A stretch of DNA of 64,000 nt from Mobula hypostoma (Eukaryota), in the NCBI RefSeq assembly GCF_963921235.1, contig NC_086097.1:95854001-95918000 (forward strand), in the 5' to 3' direction. The notes beneath the pieces are model-generated. The model was not told the origin of the DNA. It did not search any database and saw only the letters and a program-made list of their open reading frames with translations. Positions 10,136-24,019 of the stretch are shown here, one piece after another; the stretch's first letter is position 1, and every line of letters starts with the position of its first letter. The translations under genes and the position numbers were made by a program.

Positions 10136-10139
10136 AGCC

Positions 10140-10440
10140 TCCAATGTCTGGCTCCAGCTGTGCACCCAGACAATACTTCAGATTCTGGTTCCGGCTACAT
10201 GCCCAATTCACATGCTGGTCTCCAGCTCCGACCACACATCTTGGCCACACTCTGGACCAGTTCCAGATGCACACCACCTGGCTCCAGAGACTTGCCTGAT
10301 TCACATTCTGGACCACAGCTCTGACTGCCTATCCAGTCTCCACACCCTTCTGGACCTCAGCTCTGACCACACGCCCAGTTAACCTTCTTGACCCCAACTC
10401 TAACTACACATCCAGACCAGCTTCTGGACCTTGCTCCGTC
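10140..10440. repeat. Degenerate tandem repeat with motif tctggacc(a/t)cagctctgac
   Basis: Recurrent ctggacc/ctggctccag..ctctgac units spaced about 20-40 bp apart. Confidence 0.45.
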
Positions 10441-11509
10441 AACACAAGCAATGTTATGATCTTCTCTCACCTCCTGTTTAGGTGGACCAACATTCATTCA
10501 TTTATTGCTAATTATCTTATAGTCTTTTCAGAGATCAGGTCACTAATAATTCTTCTTTCCTCCTCTGTTAAATGCATTTTAACAAAAAAAAAGTCACCGT
10601 CTTTTGATTCCTAATTTTGATGAAAGCAAGCATAAAATAAAAATAGAAACTCCTGGAAGTATTTACAGGTTAGTCAGGTTGAAGACATGAAATGTTAATG
10701 CAGATTTCCACATCTATAATGTTTTCTACTCTGAACCTTAACTTGCCTTTTCTGTTACTGGGAATACCAGCGGTTGCCTCTTTTCTTATGTGTTTCCTCT
10801 TTGCTTTGTTCATTCTATCTCCTTTTATTTTGTTTGCCATCACCTCCGTTTTCTTTTATCATGCTATAGTGTTCATGTATTGCCAAATAATAGCTTGCCG
10901 GCAGTGCTCAACAAGGCGATGTTCCAAAAAGCAGCGATGATAGATTGGGTCTGTATTCCTTAGAGTTCAGATGAGTAAATGGATTGTCAGTTGAAAAGCA
11001 AATATGAGGAGACTGAGCCTTTCTATTTACTGGGAGATTATTGTAGTTCATTCTCTCACAGCAGAATTCAGCAGGTTGGGTGGGTGGGGTGGGGACATTG
11101 ACTCACATCACTTTATGGTTGGGGCTGCACATCAAAGTTCAAAGTAAAATTATGATCAAAGTACATATATTGTATGTCACCATATACAACCCTGAGCTTA
11201 ATTTTCTTGCAGATATTCAAGGTAGAACAAGGAAATGCAATACAATCAATGAAAAGATACTCATAACAAAGACTGACAAGCCACCAATGTGCAAAAGAAG
11301 ATAGAGTGTGCAAACATATATAAATAAAGAGTAAATTAATAAGCATGGTCTGCATGGCGGGGTCCTTGATAGTCATTTTCAGGATGTACTGTTACTGAAA
11401 GGGATTCCATTCCTTCAATGTCTTAATTTATTTTTGATCATTACTAAGTCAATGTCAGTATGGTGAGCATTGCAAAATTGGGAAAAAGGAGCAGGAAGAA
11501 AGAGAAAGG

Positions 11510-11835
11510 GTGGCACAGTGGTGCAGCTATTTAGAGCCCTGAGCTCACAACACCAGAGACTTAGGTTTAATCCAAGATGAGTGCTGTCTATGCGGAATTT
11601 GCACACTCTCTCTGTGATCATGTGGGTTTCTTCTGGGGCTCCAGTTTCATCCCACATCCGCAAGATGTGCAGGTTAATGGGTTAGTTGGTCATTATAGAT
11701 CAATTTTAGTGTGTAAGTGAGTGGTGAATGTTAACTATATAGGATAATTTTTTAAAGGGACTAATATAGGATTGGTATAAACGGGTGGTTGATAATGTGG
11801 ATTGAAAGATCTGTTTCCATGCACTTCTCTATGAT
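11510..11835 (+). mobile_element. tRNA-derived V-SINE (HE1-like)
   Basis: Head ggtggcacagtggtgcag; V-domain ggaatttgcacactctc..gtgggtttcttctgg..ctccagtttcatcccacatcc..aagatgtgcaggtt. Confidence 0.75.
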
Positions 11836-12339
11836 ACTATGCTTCCACGAAACAAGGGAGGAAGACACCTAGACAGCCCCTTTATAACTGAATTGTTCTT
11901 GAGCGACTTGTTTGACTGTAAATTCACTAAACATAAGATCAATTTTCCAATCACCAACTCCTTATATCAATTCTTTTGGCGATTATTGCGCAAACAACTG
12001 ACCATAATGCAAAAACAGAAGTTGAAGTTAATATCCCTTAACAAATTTATAAATCAAAGCATGCTAAATGCCACACACACATATCTATTGCTTCCTCTGC
12101 CACATTCCCTTAATGCCTTTCTTTTGTGTGGCTTTGCCTGTCCTGGTGTTCCTAAGCAGCATGACCCCAGAGGCTGAAGTGTGACTGATGGAAGGCCATT
12201 GATTTTCAGTTGTGGAGACTGCTGATCATGTTGTTGGACAACTTGCACAGTTCAATGCTAAGAAATGTCATCTTGATAACACACCTTCTCACCCATATGA
12301 ATCAGTGATCTAGGCTGTCTGGTTAACAGGCAACATCAA

Positions 12340-13045
12340 GGATCAAACAAGTTCATGTTTATTTTCATGCGCTTACTTATCCCAAGAATAAATGCCATGA
12401 AAATAAGCTTTATGCAACATCAGAACAGTACATTATAGACATAAATTACAACAACTTAATTTAACTTAAATTATACATAAATTATATGATGAAAAAAACT
12501 AAACAGAACAAATTATTTCAAGTTGAGGGAAATGTAGTCTATGGTAGATTTAGGGCTTTACAGGTTAGTTCAGTGGAGAAGAAACTATCGTTGAACCTTG
12601 AGGTGTGAGGTGTGGGCCTTCAGGCTTCTGTACCTCCTGTCTGATGGCAGCAATGAGAAGAAAGCTTGGCCTGGATGGTGGGGGTTCTGAATGATGGATG
12701 TTGCCTTTCTGAGACAACACCTCTTGAAGGTGTCCTTGATGATGGGGAGGGATGTACCCATGGTTGAACTGGCTGAATCCACCACACTGTATAACTTCTT
12801 GTGTTCCTGTGCATTGGAGTTTCCATATCAGTCTGTAATGCAGCCAGTCAAAATGCTTTGCACTGCACATCTATAAAGTTTGTCAGAGCCTTCAATGATA
12901 TGTTGAATCTCAAACTTCTGTGACAGTAGAAATGCTGATCTGATGTGGTTACATTAATGCGCTAGGCACGGGATAGATCCTCTAAGATGCTGACACCTGA
13001 AAACTTGAAGCTGATCACCTATTGCATTGCCGACCCTTCAGTGGA
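12340..13045 (-). mobile_element. Rex1/Babar-like LINE 3' fragment
   Basis: Minus ORF VDSASSTMGTSLPIIKDTFKRCCLRKATSIIQNPHHPG..LLPSDRRYRSLK. Confidence 0.75.
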
Positions 13046-14218
13046 CTTTTTGCATTCCTAGTAATTTCTGGCATGGCAGATTGGTAGACTGCTATAACCC
13101 CCTGCAAACCCCTTTGAACTTTGGTATCCAGTGCCTCAGCAAGTGCAGGTCCTATGTCCAAGTTAACCTCTGAATAATTCCTGCCACTTGTGTTTGAGCA
13201 CCAATTAGTCCTTTAAGAGAGAAAGAGAAGTATGATGGTGAGAATTGGCCTGTGTTTCAGGGACATGGCTATCCTGGTTGAAGCAACTTGTAATGAACAT
13301 GAGCTGTGAGACTTACAGCATTGCAGAGTACATGTATATGAAGACATGTTGGGTATAACTGGGTAGGAGACTGTTGGGAATAGCAATAGGTGGCAGTAAT
13401 GGCAAAGGATACATGCTGAATGTGGAAGCTGGTTAGATAGAGAATGAAACCTTGCCATATTAGATAAAGACAAGGGCAAAATGAGTCAGACATAGGTGAG
13501 GAGTAGAATAGCCTGTTAAGGGAAAAGAATGGCTTCTGAGAAGCACTGGTATGGGAAGTACATTGTTAAAACAGACATAGAAACTGGCAGACTAGAATCC
13601 TTATAGGAAGTGGGAAGGACATACCAAGATATCGGTGGGAGTTGGTGGTCTTATTAGCTGTATATCCACAGGAATGAAGGATAACAAATAAAGAAAGGGA
13701 AGGTAAGGTTCTGATTTAGATTTAGAGATGAACTATAGATTGGAAATTGAAAGCAAAGTTAATGAAACATGGCATTGATAAAGTCTTCAGTAAAGCAGAG
13801 AGGGAGAGGAGAGAAAGGACCTGAGTAGGACTGAGACAAAAAAAATTCTGCACATCCTAAGAAAAAGCATGTATTGCCAGGACTCAGAAAGGTTCCCATA
13901 GCAACATATTTTATTTGGAGGAAGTGAGTGAAATCAAAGGAGTTGTTGTTTCTTGTAAAAGCAAGTTCAGACAACCAAAGAAGGCTGGGGATGAATGGGC
14001 AATCATTTGGCTGCTGCATAAGAGCGAACTAGAGGGCCCAAAGGACTTCTTGATGAGGAATGAAAGTAATTAAAATAAGTTAACTGGTTATTATCTCATT
14101 ATCTCTGTTTGTGATCCTTGAAGCAGTGTACATTTGCTGTGAAGCAATTTTGAATGTTATGAGGATGATTTGAGCACTCAATAAATATAACTTTCTCTTT
14201 CATGTTTCCTTGATGTAG

Positions 14219-14393
14219 GGACGCTTTGATAACAGATATAGGTGTCATGAACTGCCCACCATCTTATCAGGAAAACACGACCAAAGAACAAATTATGCTC
14301 CAATATGCTGAAAATTTCAGGCAACAATACGAATATCTGTATCCTGACAGAAAGCCTCTGCTTCTCAGTCCACTCAATGAATGTAAAATTCAG
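14219..14393 (+). CDS. DRC7: DRC7 coding exon 2
   Basis: AG|...CPPSYQENTTKEQIMLQYAENFRQQYEYLYPDRKPLLLSPLNECKIQ|GT; phases 2 and 0. Confidence 0.92.
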
Positions 14394-15455
14394 GTATATA
14401 TTTTCATGAGTACTTCATGGCAAAGAATTAGATAAAATGTAATAAATAGTGCATTATATTATTTTGCATTTTTATTTCTAATGAAAAGTGCTGAACTTTT
14501 ATAATAAATTGATTTCTCATTTCTCTTGAAAATATTGGCAGATAGTGCCATAGGTGCTATGCCATGTATCTATGAGTCAACATAGCAAGTATAATTGGAG
14601 TATAAGTTGGACAGTGGAGGCATGGGAACAGGGAATGTTGTTTCATTCCACCCTCATATTTTATCCACACACTAGCTGATGTCATAGCAAACTAAGAGCA
14701 AAGATGCCTGTCAGCGTATATAATATGCTGAAGTGAAGGGAGGTTCTTTCTCTTCTTTTCCATACCAAAGACATTGAGGCTTGTTTAATACCTACAGGCT
14801 ATCCAGCTAAGTTTTAACTGAAGGTGTGTAAAATCTTAGAACTAAGAATATGCCTGGAAAAACATTAATCGAGAGATTGAGGTTATGTTAAAATTGTAGG
14901 TTAGTAAGTGTTGCAGCGTTTCATTCTGTACATTGACCATTAGTTTCCTTTGGAATATTACAATGACTCAACTCAATATTGTTTATTATGTACTCGAGGA
15001 TTTTGATGGCAGAATGGAGGGGTGTAAATAGTTTCCATTGATAACTGTAACGAGAGGGCTCTAGTGTAATTTGGAAGAGGACTAGAGATGGGGAGGCAAT
15101 GATCTGTGAATTATTAAGATTTGTCGAAAAGAGTGTGAGAACCTAATTCCATATTATCTTTCAAAGTGAAATTTAATTGGGGAAAATATGCAGAGTAACA
15201 GCAAAGGAGTGGCACAGTGGGCCTAATTGGAAAGCTAAGAGCTGGCACCAGCACGATAAGCCAAATGGTCTTTTCCTATGCCACATGATTATGAGCTTAT
15301 TAACAGTCATAGAATGATACAATATGGAAGCAGGCCATTCAGCCCAACTCATCCATGCTAACTGTGCTGCAGAAATGAGCGAGTCCCATCAGCCCTGTAA
15401 ACAGCTCCTATCCATGTACGAATCTAGATGGCTTTTAAATGTTGCTAATGTGCCC

Positions 15456-16445
15456 ATGGAAAGAGGAGAGAACCTTGGATGTCCTGAGAGGTGATGAACT
15501 TAGTCAAGAAGAAAAAGGAAAAGTATGTAAAGCTTCAGAAATCAGGATCAAGTGGAGCACATGAGGAGTGTAAAGAAGCCAGAAAAGAACTAAAGAAGGG
15601 AATTAGAAAAGCCAGGAGGGGCCATGAAAAGTCATTGGCAAGTAGGATTAAGGTGAATTCCAAGGCATTCTATATATGCACCAAGAGCAAGAGGATAATG
15701 AGGGAGAGGGTGGGACCACTCAAGGGTTAAAAGGGATACATTTGCTTGGATGTGGAGATTGTGAGTGAGGTACTTAAAGAGTACTTTGCTTCAGTATTTA
15801 CCACCGTAAAGGATATGGAGGACCAGGACATCAATGCTGAGTGTATAAATATGCTAGGGTGTTTCAAGGTCAAGGAGGAGGAAGTGTTGGGCCTCCTGAT
15901 AAGCATTAAGATGAATAAGTCCCCAGGGCCATAGGAATGATGTTGAGGCTTTGGAGAGGGTTCAGAAGAGGTTTACCAGGATGTTGCCTGGTTTCAAGGG
16001 TACGTGCTATAAGCGGCTGGATAAACTTGGGTTGCTTTTTCTAGAGCAGTGGAGGCTGAGAGGAATCTGATAGATTTTTATAAGTTTATGAGAGGCATAG
16101 ATAGAGTAGACTGGGAGTATCTGTTTCCCAGGGTTGAAATGTCTAATACCAGAAGGAATGTAGGTGAGAGGGGGCAGGTTCAAAGGGAATGTGAGGGTTA
16201 AGTTTTTTACTCTGAGACTCGTGGATGCCTGGAATGCGCTGCCTGGTGTGGTGGTAGAGGCAAATGCATTAGAGGCTTTTAAGAAATTGTTAAATAGGCA
16301 CATGGATGTAAGGAAGATGGAGGGATATGGACATTATGTAGGTTGGAGGGATTAGTGTTTGGGTGTTTTTGATTTGCTTTTTACCTGGTTTAGCACATCA
16401 TTATGGGCCAAAGGGCCTGTTCTTGTGCTGTTCTGTTCTATGTTT
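15456..16445 (+). mobile_element. CR1 LINE with a large internal deletion at about 15932
   Basis: PWMS..KAFY..YFASVFT..KSPGP is joined directly to the ORF2 C-terminus (LERVQKRFTRMLPG..FFTLRLVDAWNALP) and the 3' UTR. Confidence 0.85.
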
Positions 16446-16679
16446 GAAATCTCTTGTTTCTGGCCTTAAACCTACATCCTCTTGTTTAAGTACACTCTCC
16501 CCGTGAAAAAGAGTGTGTGTTGTGTCTCCTTGTTTGTCTTCTCAAAATACATCATCTCGCTGTTGGTTAAGGGATTAATTTTTGCAACCTCCTCAACTCT
16601 ATGAAAGTTTCAGACAGTTGCCTTTTTGTGCATTTTATGTGTTTTATTCTCATCACTTGTATTTTAAAGTTGAGAACAT

Positions 16680-17640
16680 GTGGCAATATGGTGTGTTAGT
16701 AATACCCCTTGCAAGATGTGGCAGATCTCAGAGACCTTCAGTGCCCCTGATTACAACATCTGGGCACAGCTCCTTACAGGCCTTGTTAGGGAGCCAGAGA
16801 TGGATGACCTACATGTCATCCGAGAGAATGAGGAGTTGACAGATAGGAGCTATGTGGAGGCAGTTGCAGGAGTTGCGTACTTGTTGACTGTCAGGAGAGG
16901 TAAACCGAATAGGCAGACATTGCAGAGTACCCCTGTGGCCATTCCCCTGAATAACAAAGCACCACATTGAATATTGTTAAACGGGAGATGACTTTTTAGG
17001 GGAAAGCTGCAGCAGTCAGGTCTCTGTCATTGAGTCCGGTTATGTGGCTCAGAAGGGAAGGGGAGTGAAGAGGAGAGCAGTAATGATAGGAGATTGAATA
17101 GTTAGGAGAGCAGACAGGAGATTCTATGGACATGAAAGAAACCCTAGATATGGTATGTTTCCTCTCAGGTCGCAGGGTCAGGGACATCTCACACTGGGTC
17201 CACCGCACTCTTGGGGGAATGGTGGGAAATGGGCAGCAAGAAGATAGGAAAAATGATGAGGTCCTGAAGAGACCTAAGTATGAAGACCAAGGGAGCTAGG
17301 TATGAAGCTGAAAAGAAAGACCTCAAGGGTAATAATCTTTGGATTACTGTCTGTGCCACATGGAATGAGGGTAAGGATAGGATGATCTGGCAGATGAATA
17401 TGGCTGATGCAGGGTTTCAGATTTGTGGATCATGCACTCTCTTCTGGGAAGGTCTGATCTGGTACAAAAAGGACGGGTTGCATCTGGACTTCAGGGAGAC
17501 CAATATTGCTGCAGGCAGATTTGCTAGAGCTGTTGGGGAGGGTTCAAACTAATTTGGCAGGTAGATATGAACCAGAGTGATAGGTCAAAGATTGGGATAG
17601 TTGAAATACAGGTAGATGCAGAGAGACTGTGAGGAAGGAT
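16680..17640 (+). mobile_element. CR1 ORF1 (esterase-like) remnant
   Basis: Degenerate VIGD..RG.DRRFYGH and YKKDGLHL motifs upstream of ORF2. Confidence 0.65.
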
Positions 17641-17644
17641 AGGC

Positions 17645-20490
17645 ACTTTATCTAAATGCCCGTAGTATTAGAAATAAGGTTAGTGAACTTGTGGAACAGA
17701 TCAGTACCAAGGCATATGATTTAGTGGCCATTACAGAAACCTGGTTGCAAGGAGGAGATGACTGGGAATTAAATATCCAAGGGTATCAGGTAATACGGAA
17801 AGATAGGCAGGAAGGCAGAGGAGGTGGGGTGGCGCTCTTGATTAGGGATGAGATCAGAGTGATTGTGAGAGATGATATAAGATCTACAGAGTAGAATGTT
17901 GAGTCCATCTGGGTAGAGATGAAGAATAGTAAAGGGAAAAAATCACTGGTGGGCGTTGTCTATCGGCCGCCTAATAAAAATATTGCAGTGGCAGAGGCGA
18001 TTAACCAAGAAATAACTGAGGCTTGTAAGAACGGAACGGCAGTTGTCATGGGGGATTTTAACTTCCACGTAGATTGGGTGAATCAGGTTGGTCAAGGAAG
18101 TCTTGAGGACTTCATAGAATGCATCCGTGATGGCTTTCTTGAGCAGCGTGTTAGTGAACCTACAAGGGAAAATACTATCTTAGATCTAGTCCTGTGCAAT
18201 GAGACAGGTAAGATTAATGATCTTGTAGTCAGGGATTCTCTTGGTAAGAGTGATTATAGTATGATTGAATTTCGCATTCAGATGGGGGATGAAATAATTA
18301 GATCTAAAACTAGTGTATTATGCTTGAACAAGGGAAACTACAACAGGATGAGGGAGGAGTTGGCTAATGTGGATTGGGAGCACAGGCTATTTGGTAGGAC
18401 AGTTGAGGAACAGTGGAATACTTTCAAAGAGATTTTTCACAGTGCTCTACAAAAGTATATTCCAGTCAAAAGTAAGGACAGTAAGTGTGGGGTGAGCCAG
18501 CCTTGGATAACTAAGGAAATAAAAGATAGTATCAAATTAAAAGCTCATGTGTCGCAAAGAGTAGTGGGAGACTGGAGGATTGGGAAAACTTTAAAAAGCA
18601 GCAGAGAACAACTAAACAAGAAATAAGAAAAGGGAAGATAGAGTATGAAAGTAAATTAGCACAAAATATAAAAACAGATAGCAAAAGTTTTTATAAATAT
18701 GTAAAACGGAAGAGGGTGGCTAAAGTCAACGTAGGTCCCTAGGAAGATGAGAAGGGGAAATTGATATTGGGTGATAAGGAAATGGCTGAGGCATTGAACG
18801 ACTATTTTGTGTTGGGCTTCATGGTGGAGGACACGTCTAATATGCCAAAGAAATGGGAGGTGAGGACCTCGATAAAATCACTGTCACTAAAGAGATAGTG
18901 ATGAGTAAACTAGAGGGCCTGAAGGTAGATAAGTCCCCTGGTCCAGATGGAATGCATCCCAGGGTGCTGAAGGAATTGGCGGAGGTTATAGTGGACACCT
19001 TGGTAATCACTTATCAAAACTCTGTAGACTCTGGGCAGGTCCCGGTGGATTGGAAGACAGCAAATGTCACGCCACTTTTTAAAAAAGGATGTAGGCAGAA
19101 GACAGGCAACTATAGGCCAGTTCGCTTAACATTTGTAGTCGGGAAAATGCTTGAAGCTGGCATTAAGGAAGAAATAGCGAAACATTTAGAAGGGAGTGGT
19201 TCCATTAGACAGACGCAGCATGGATTCAGAAAGGACAGGTCCTGTTTGACAAACTTACTGGAGTTCTTTGAGGACATAATGAGTGCAGTGGATAGAGGGG
19301 AACAGGTGGATCTCGTATATTGGATTTCCAGAAGGCATTCGATAAGGTGCCGTACAAGAGACTTATAAATAAGATACGGATGCATGGAGTCGGAGGAAGT
19401 GTATTGGCATGGTTAGTGGATTGGTTAACTGATAGAAGGCAGACAGTTGGCAGTCTGTGGTGAGTGGGGTGCCGCAGGGGTCGGTGCTGGGCCCGCAGCT
19501 GTTTACCATTTACATTGATGATCTGGAAGAGGGGACTGAATATAGCGTAGCAAAATTTGCTGATGACACTAAACTGATTGGAAAAGCAAATTGTACAGAG
19601 GATGTGGAGAGTCTGCAGAGGGATGTAGATAGGTTAAGTGAGTGGGCCAAGGTCTGGGAGATGGAATGCAACGCTGGTAAATGTGAGATCATCCACTTTG
19701 GAAGGAATAATAGGAGGGCAGATTATTATTTAAATGCTGAAAGATTGCAGCATGCTGTTGTGCAGAGGGACTTGGGAGTGCTTGTGCATGAATCGCAAAA
19801 AGTTGGTTTGCAGGTACAACAGGTTATTAAGAAGGCAAACGGAATGTTGGCCTTCATTGCTAGAGGGATTGAATTCAAGAGCAGGGAGATAATGCTGCAA
19901 CTATACAGGGTACTGGTGAGGCCGCACCTAGAGTACTGTGTGCAGTTCTGGTCTCCATACTTGAGGAAGGACATATTGGCTTTGGAGGCAGTGCGGAGGA
20001 GGTTCACAAGGTTGATTCCAGGAATGAAGGGGTTAACCTGTGAGGAGAGATTGAGTCGCCTGGGACTATACTCTCTGGAGTTCAGAAGAATGAGAGGGGA
20101 TCTTATAGAAACCTACAAAATTTTGAAAGGGATAGATAAGATAGAAGTAAGGAAGTTGTTTCCATTGGTAGGTGAGACTAGAACTAGGGGACATTGCCTC
20201 AAGATTCGGGGAAGCAGGTTTAGGATGGAGATGAGGAGAAACTGTTTTTCCCAGAGAGTGGTGAATCTGTGGAATTCTCTGCCCAGGGAAGCAGTTGAGG
20301 CTTCTTCACTAAATATATTTAAGAAACAGTTAGATAGGTTTTTACATAATAAGGGAATTAAGGTTTATGGGGAAAAGGCAGGTAGATGGAGCTGAGTTTA
20401 CGGACAGATCAGCCATGATCTTATTGAATGGCAGGGCAGGCTCGATGGGCCAGATGGCCTACTCCTACTCCTATATCTTATGTTCTTATG
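17645..20490 (+). mobile_element. CR1 LINE ORF2 (APE endonuclease + RT), near complete with stops and frameshifts
   Basis: AITETWL, GVVYRPP, MGDFN, KSPGPDGMHPRVLKEL, GNYRPV, SGVPQGSVLGP, FADD; 3' tail tcttatgttcttatg. Confidence 0.95.
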
Positions 20491-20900
20491 ATTTCTCAAA
20501 CTTCCAATAATGCCTCCCCCCATCCTTCATTATTTCCCATACCCTTTTCCCTGTCTCATGTTATCTCCTTGCCCGTCTATCGCCTCCCTCTGATGCTCCT
20601 TCCCACTTTTTTCTTGCTTCCATAGCCTTCTGTATCTTTCACCAATCAACTTCCAACTTCCTAGCTCTTTGCTTCATCCCTCCCCCTCCAAATTTCACCT
20701 ATCACCTGGTGTTTCTCTCTCCCCTCCCAACACCTTTCAAATCTACTCCTCAGCTTTTTCCCTTCCAGTCCTGCCAAAGCGTTTCGGCCTGAAACGTCAA
20801 CTGTGCTTTTTTTCCATAGATGCTGCCTGGTCTGCTGAGTTCCTCCAGCATTTTGTGTGCGTTTTTCAAATTTCCAGCATCTGCAGATTTGCTCTTGTTT
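20491..20900 (+). mobile_element. Penelope-like element 3' part
   Basis: Pyrimidine-rich tract, degenerate hammerhead ctgccaaag..gaaacgtc, and gatgctgcctgg..ctgagttcctccagca terminal repeat. Confidence 0.7.
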
Positions 20901-21702
20901 GGAAGCACATGCCTGCTGCTTTTTGTTCTTTTTGCTAAAATCAAGTGTTGTATCTGTTTTTATTACATTAATATTTAATATGCTTCCTATTTGAGAACCA
21001 GTTCATTGAGGGAGAGGCTCATTTCGGAATCACCACAAAAGTTACTGCTGCTTAAAGACATGTTGTCACCTAGGCCAAACATCCAGTACTTAGATTTGTG
21101 ATTGATGAACAGGTGTAAACATTTAATTAGCTGCAGGTTGAATAGTGGAAACAGTGGCTGAGTTACTGCATGTTCAGATTCCATCATAGTTGTGGAGTTC
21201 AATTTAGTTAATTAAATAAATTTAGTCACAAACAAGAGAAAATCTGCAGATGCTGGAAATCCAAACAACACACACAAAATGGTGGAGGAACTTAAGGTTC
21301 TTCCAGCATTTTGTATGTGTCGCTTAAATAAATCTAGTATTTTTTAAAAATATTTAAGCTACTTCCATTAATAATGCCCTTGAAGCTACCTGATTGTCAT
21401 AAAACCCCATCTGGTTCACTGATTTACACTAAGGTATAAAATTTGGTTGCCTTACTGATTTTGGCATCAGTGTTCCTCCAGATCCCCTGCAATGCAGTTT
21501 ACTGTCAAATGCCTGTTCAGCTACTGTATGTATAATATTAAAATTGCTTCATCAAAACAGAAAAGAAATAAAATGGATGGTCTACTCAACATAGAACTAG
21601 GTACTGAGTTTAGGCTCAGGCAAACTTCTCACAGATTACCATATCGGGAGAATTGTCCAAAAGCTCAGCATAGAGGCAAATGAATTTCCTATTAATCCAA
21701 TA

Positions 21703-22961
21703 CACCCTATCCTCATTATATGCAGGGGATATGTTCCTCGAAGTTGATGCATAATGTGAAATTCCATAATGGAAATAGGGATGCGTTCCAGAGGGCTTCC
21801 TAAATATGTTTTATCTGTAATTTATTCACATTTTCATACCAATACGACACAAAAGCAGTACTACAAGACAACATTTGTATTATATTTCATCAATTTAAGG
21901 TAATATTCAATGTAATAAATCATAGAAAGTGAGCATCCGAGGGTGTACAGTACTCACCAATAGTGGCAGGTGTGTTCGCTCCGGGAGATGAGTGGTTGTT
22001 GTGGTGTCGGGCAGCTTTACACAGATAAGGTGGATGGTTACTGTTGTCAGGATCATATCAAGCACAGCAAGGGGTGAAGGAAGACTCACAGAACTCTTAG
22101 AACTGCCGGTAGCAGGAGATGACACCGATTTGAATAAAGTGGTGAAGGTTGTTTGCTTGGCAGCATTTTGTTTTAAATTTGCTTGTAGGGAAGAAGGGTT
22201 GACGGCAGGGAATGACTGAAGTGCTGACTCCATTCTAAACGTGGGTCCATGTCCATCGCCATTTGTGCCAAGTGTTCTGACTTCCACCATTTCCTCACCA
22301 TTGGTAGACTCCCGGGATTTTCAAAATCGTCTGTTGCTTGCAGCATCTGAGAGATAGTTCGCTGTGAAAAAAAAAGCGCCTTGAATGTGGATTACACCGG
22401 TTGAGTGGTTGAATCAGCGATGTTGTGCTAGGCAGCAGGAAATGCACTATTATGTTAGGATGAATGCTGTCCAAATGTTTAGGATGGGCTGGCGCATTGT
22501 CAAGCAACAAAAGAACTTTAAAGGCAAGATTCTGTTCCCAGCAGTGGCGTCCCAGAGCTGTGTTTCCTTCAGCTGATGCCGCGCTGTTTATAATTTCCAG
22601 GACATGACATCGGACACTTAGGAGGCATAGTTAAATATTTCAAGTTCAAAATCACTGCACCGTAGGTAAAACCAACAGAAGGTTAAGATCGCGCATCCAC
22701 ACCTTGCCAAAACCAATGCGAGAGTGGCTGGAGACAGATTGTGAAGCGCGTGCACCTGACTTGTATTGGCGGGAAAGCGGTGCTTCTCATTCCAACAGTG
22801 AGACTGTGAAGTATGTGCACGTGACTTGTATTGGCGGGAAGGCAGTGCTCCTCACATAACTGTGAGTTTTGGATGCATACAACGAGACGTTGGTAGAAAT
22901 AGGTTCCTCGCATAACTGTGAATCCGCATAATTTGAAGACGCATATAACGAGGATAGGGTG
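21703..22961 (-). mobile_element. Tigger/pogo-like DNA transposon, internally deleted
   Basis: TA-flanked TIRs caccctatcctcattatatgc / gcatataacgaggatagggtg; DDE fragment LLDNAPAHP..LLPSTTSLIQPL on the minus strand. Confidence 0.88.
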
Positions 22962-24019
22962 TATATGGACCCATATATAAGAAAGAAGAACAACTGTAAC
23001 TCTGTGTTTTTATAGCAGCCTTAATGTAGCAAAATGTCAAAGTACTTAAAAGGATTACTTTGAAGCTAAAAACCATTTAAGGAATTAAGAGGACAGATGA
23101 CTAAAAGATCAAGGATGATATCTCTTCATTGCGTCAAATGAATAGAAAGAGGCTGAGGGATTTAAGGAGTAAATTCCAGAACACACAGGCATGGTAACAG
23201 TAGGCATATCTGCCAATTGGAACAATTACATTTGTGGATGCTCAAATGTCCAGGAGTGTAGATATATGGAACTAGAGGAACATACAGAGGTAAGAAGGAA
23301 GGAAAACCAAGAAGAGTCCCAGAAAAGGTACATATTCCAGACGCAAAAGGAAAGTTTAGATCTCTCCTAAATCACATGGTCATGAGACAACCTACAACAC
23401 TTCTTGGCAGTCACAACTTAGCTTTTCTTGACGGACAGATTCAGAGAAAGGACAATATCGGTCACTTCTCTATCAATTTCTTGACTTGAGCAGGTGAGAG
23501 AGCAATAAGTAACCTTCCGGTGCTAACAACTCCTGCAACTCCCTATTGCTACAGGAAATGAACATGATCAGGGAGAGGTAGAAAAGCAGAGCTGCACAAA
23601 GGAAAGTAGAAGTTAAATTGCAATAGGGAAGACATCACATTATAAGATGGGAGCTGACTAACCAATGACTACAAGGAATCCCAAAATTTGGAAGGTGTGA
23701 ACATCAACACAGAAATATCGTTCTTTAGTTTAATAAGATACAGTAGTTATTTTAGATTATGATATAATTGCAATAACTGAAACACTGTTCAAAAATAATA
23801 TCAGTATCATGCACTTAGTATTCCAGGATACAAAGTAGCAATAAAGATAGCAAAAGGAAATAAAAAATGGTGTGGGGTCAGTACCAACTAAAATGGATAC
23901 TGTAGTGCTTGAAAGAGGGGATATCCTTCAAAGGTCAGGAATAGAAGCGATTTGGATAGAGCCTGATGGATGACAAAGTGGGAGACTGAAATACTGTTAA
24001 AAATAATGCCAAGTGAATA

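Noticed and set aside
19457..20395. 312-aa ORF as an active or domesticated reverse transcriptase
   Set aside because: Part of an ordinary CR1 ORF2 with upstream stops, frameshifts and a deletion near 19450.
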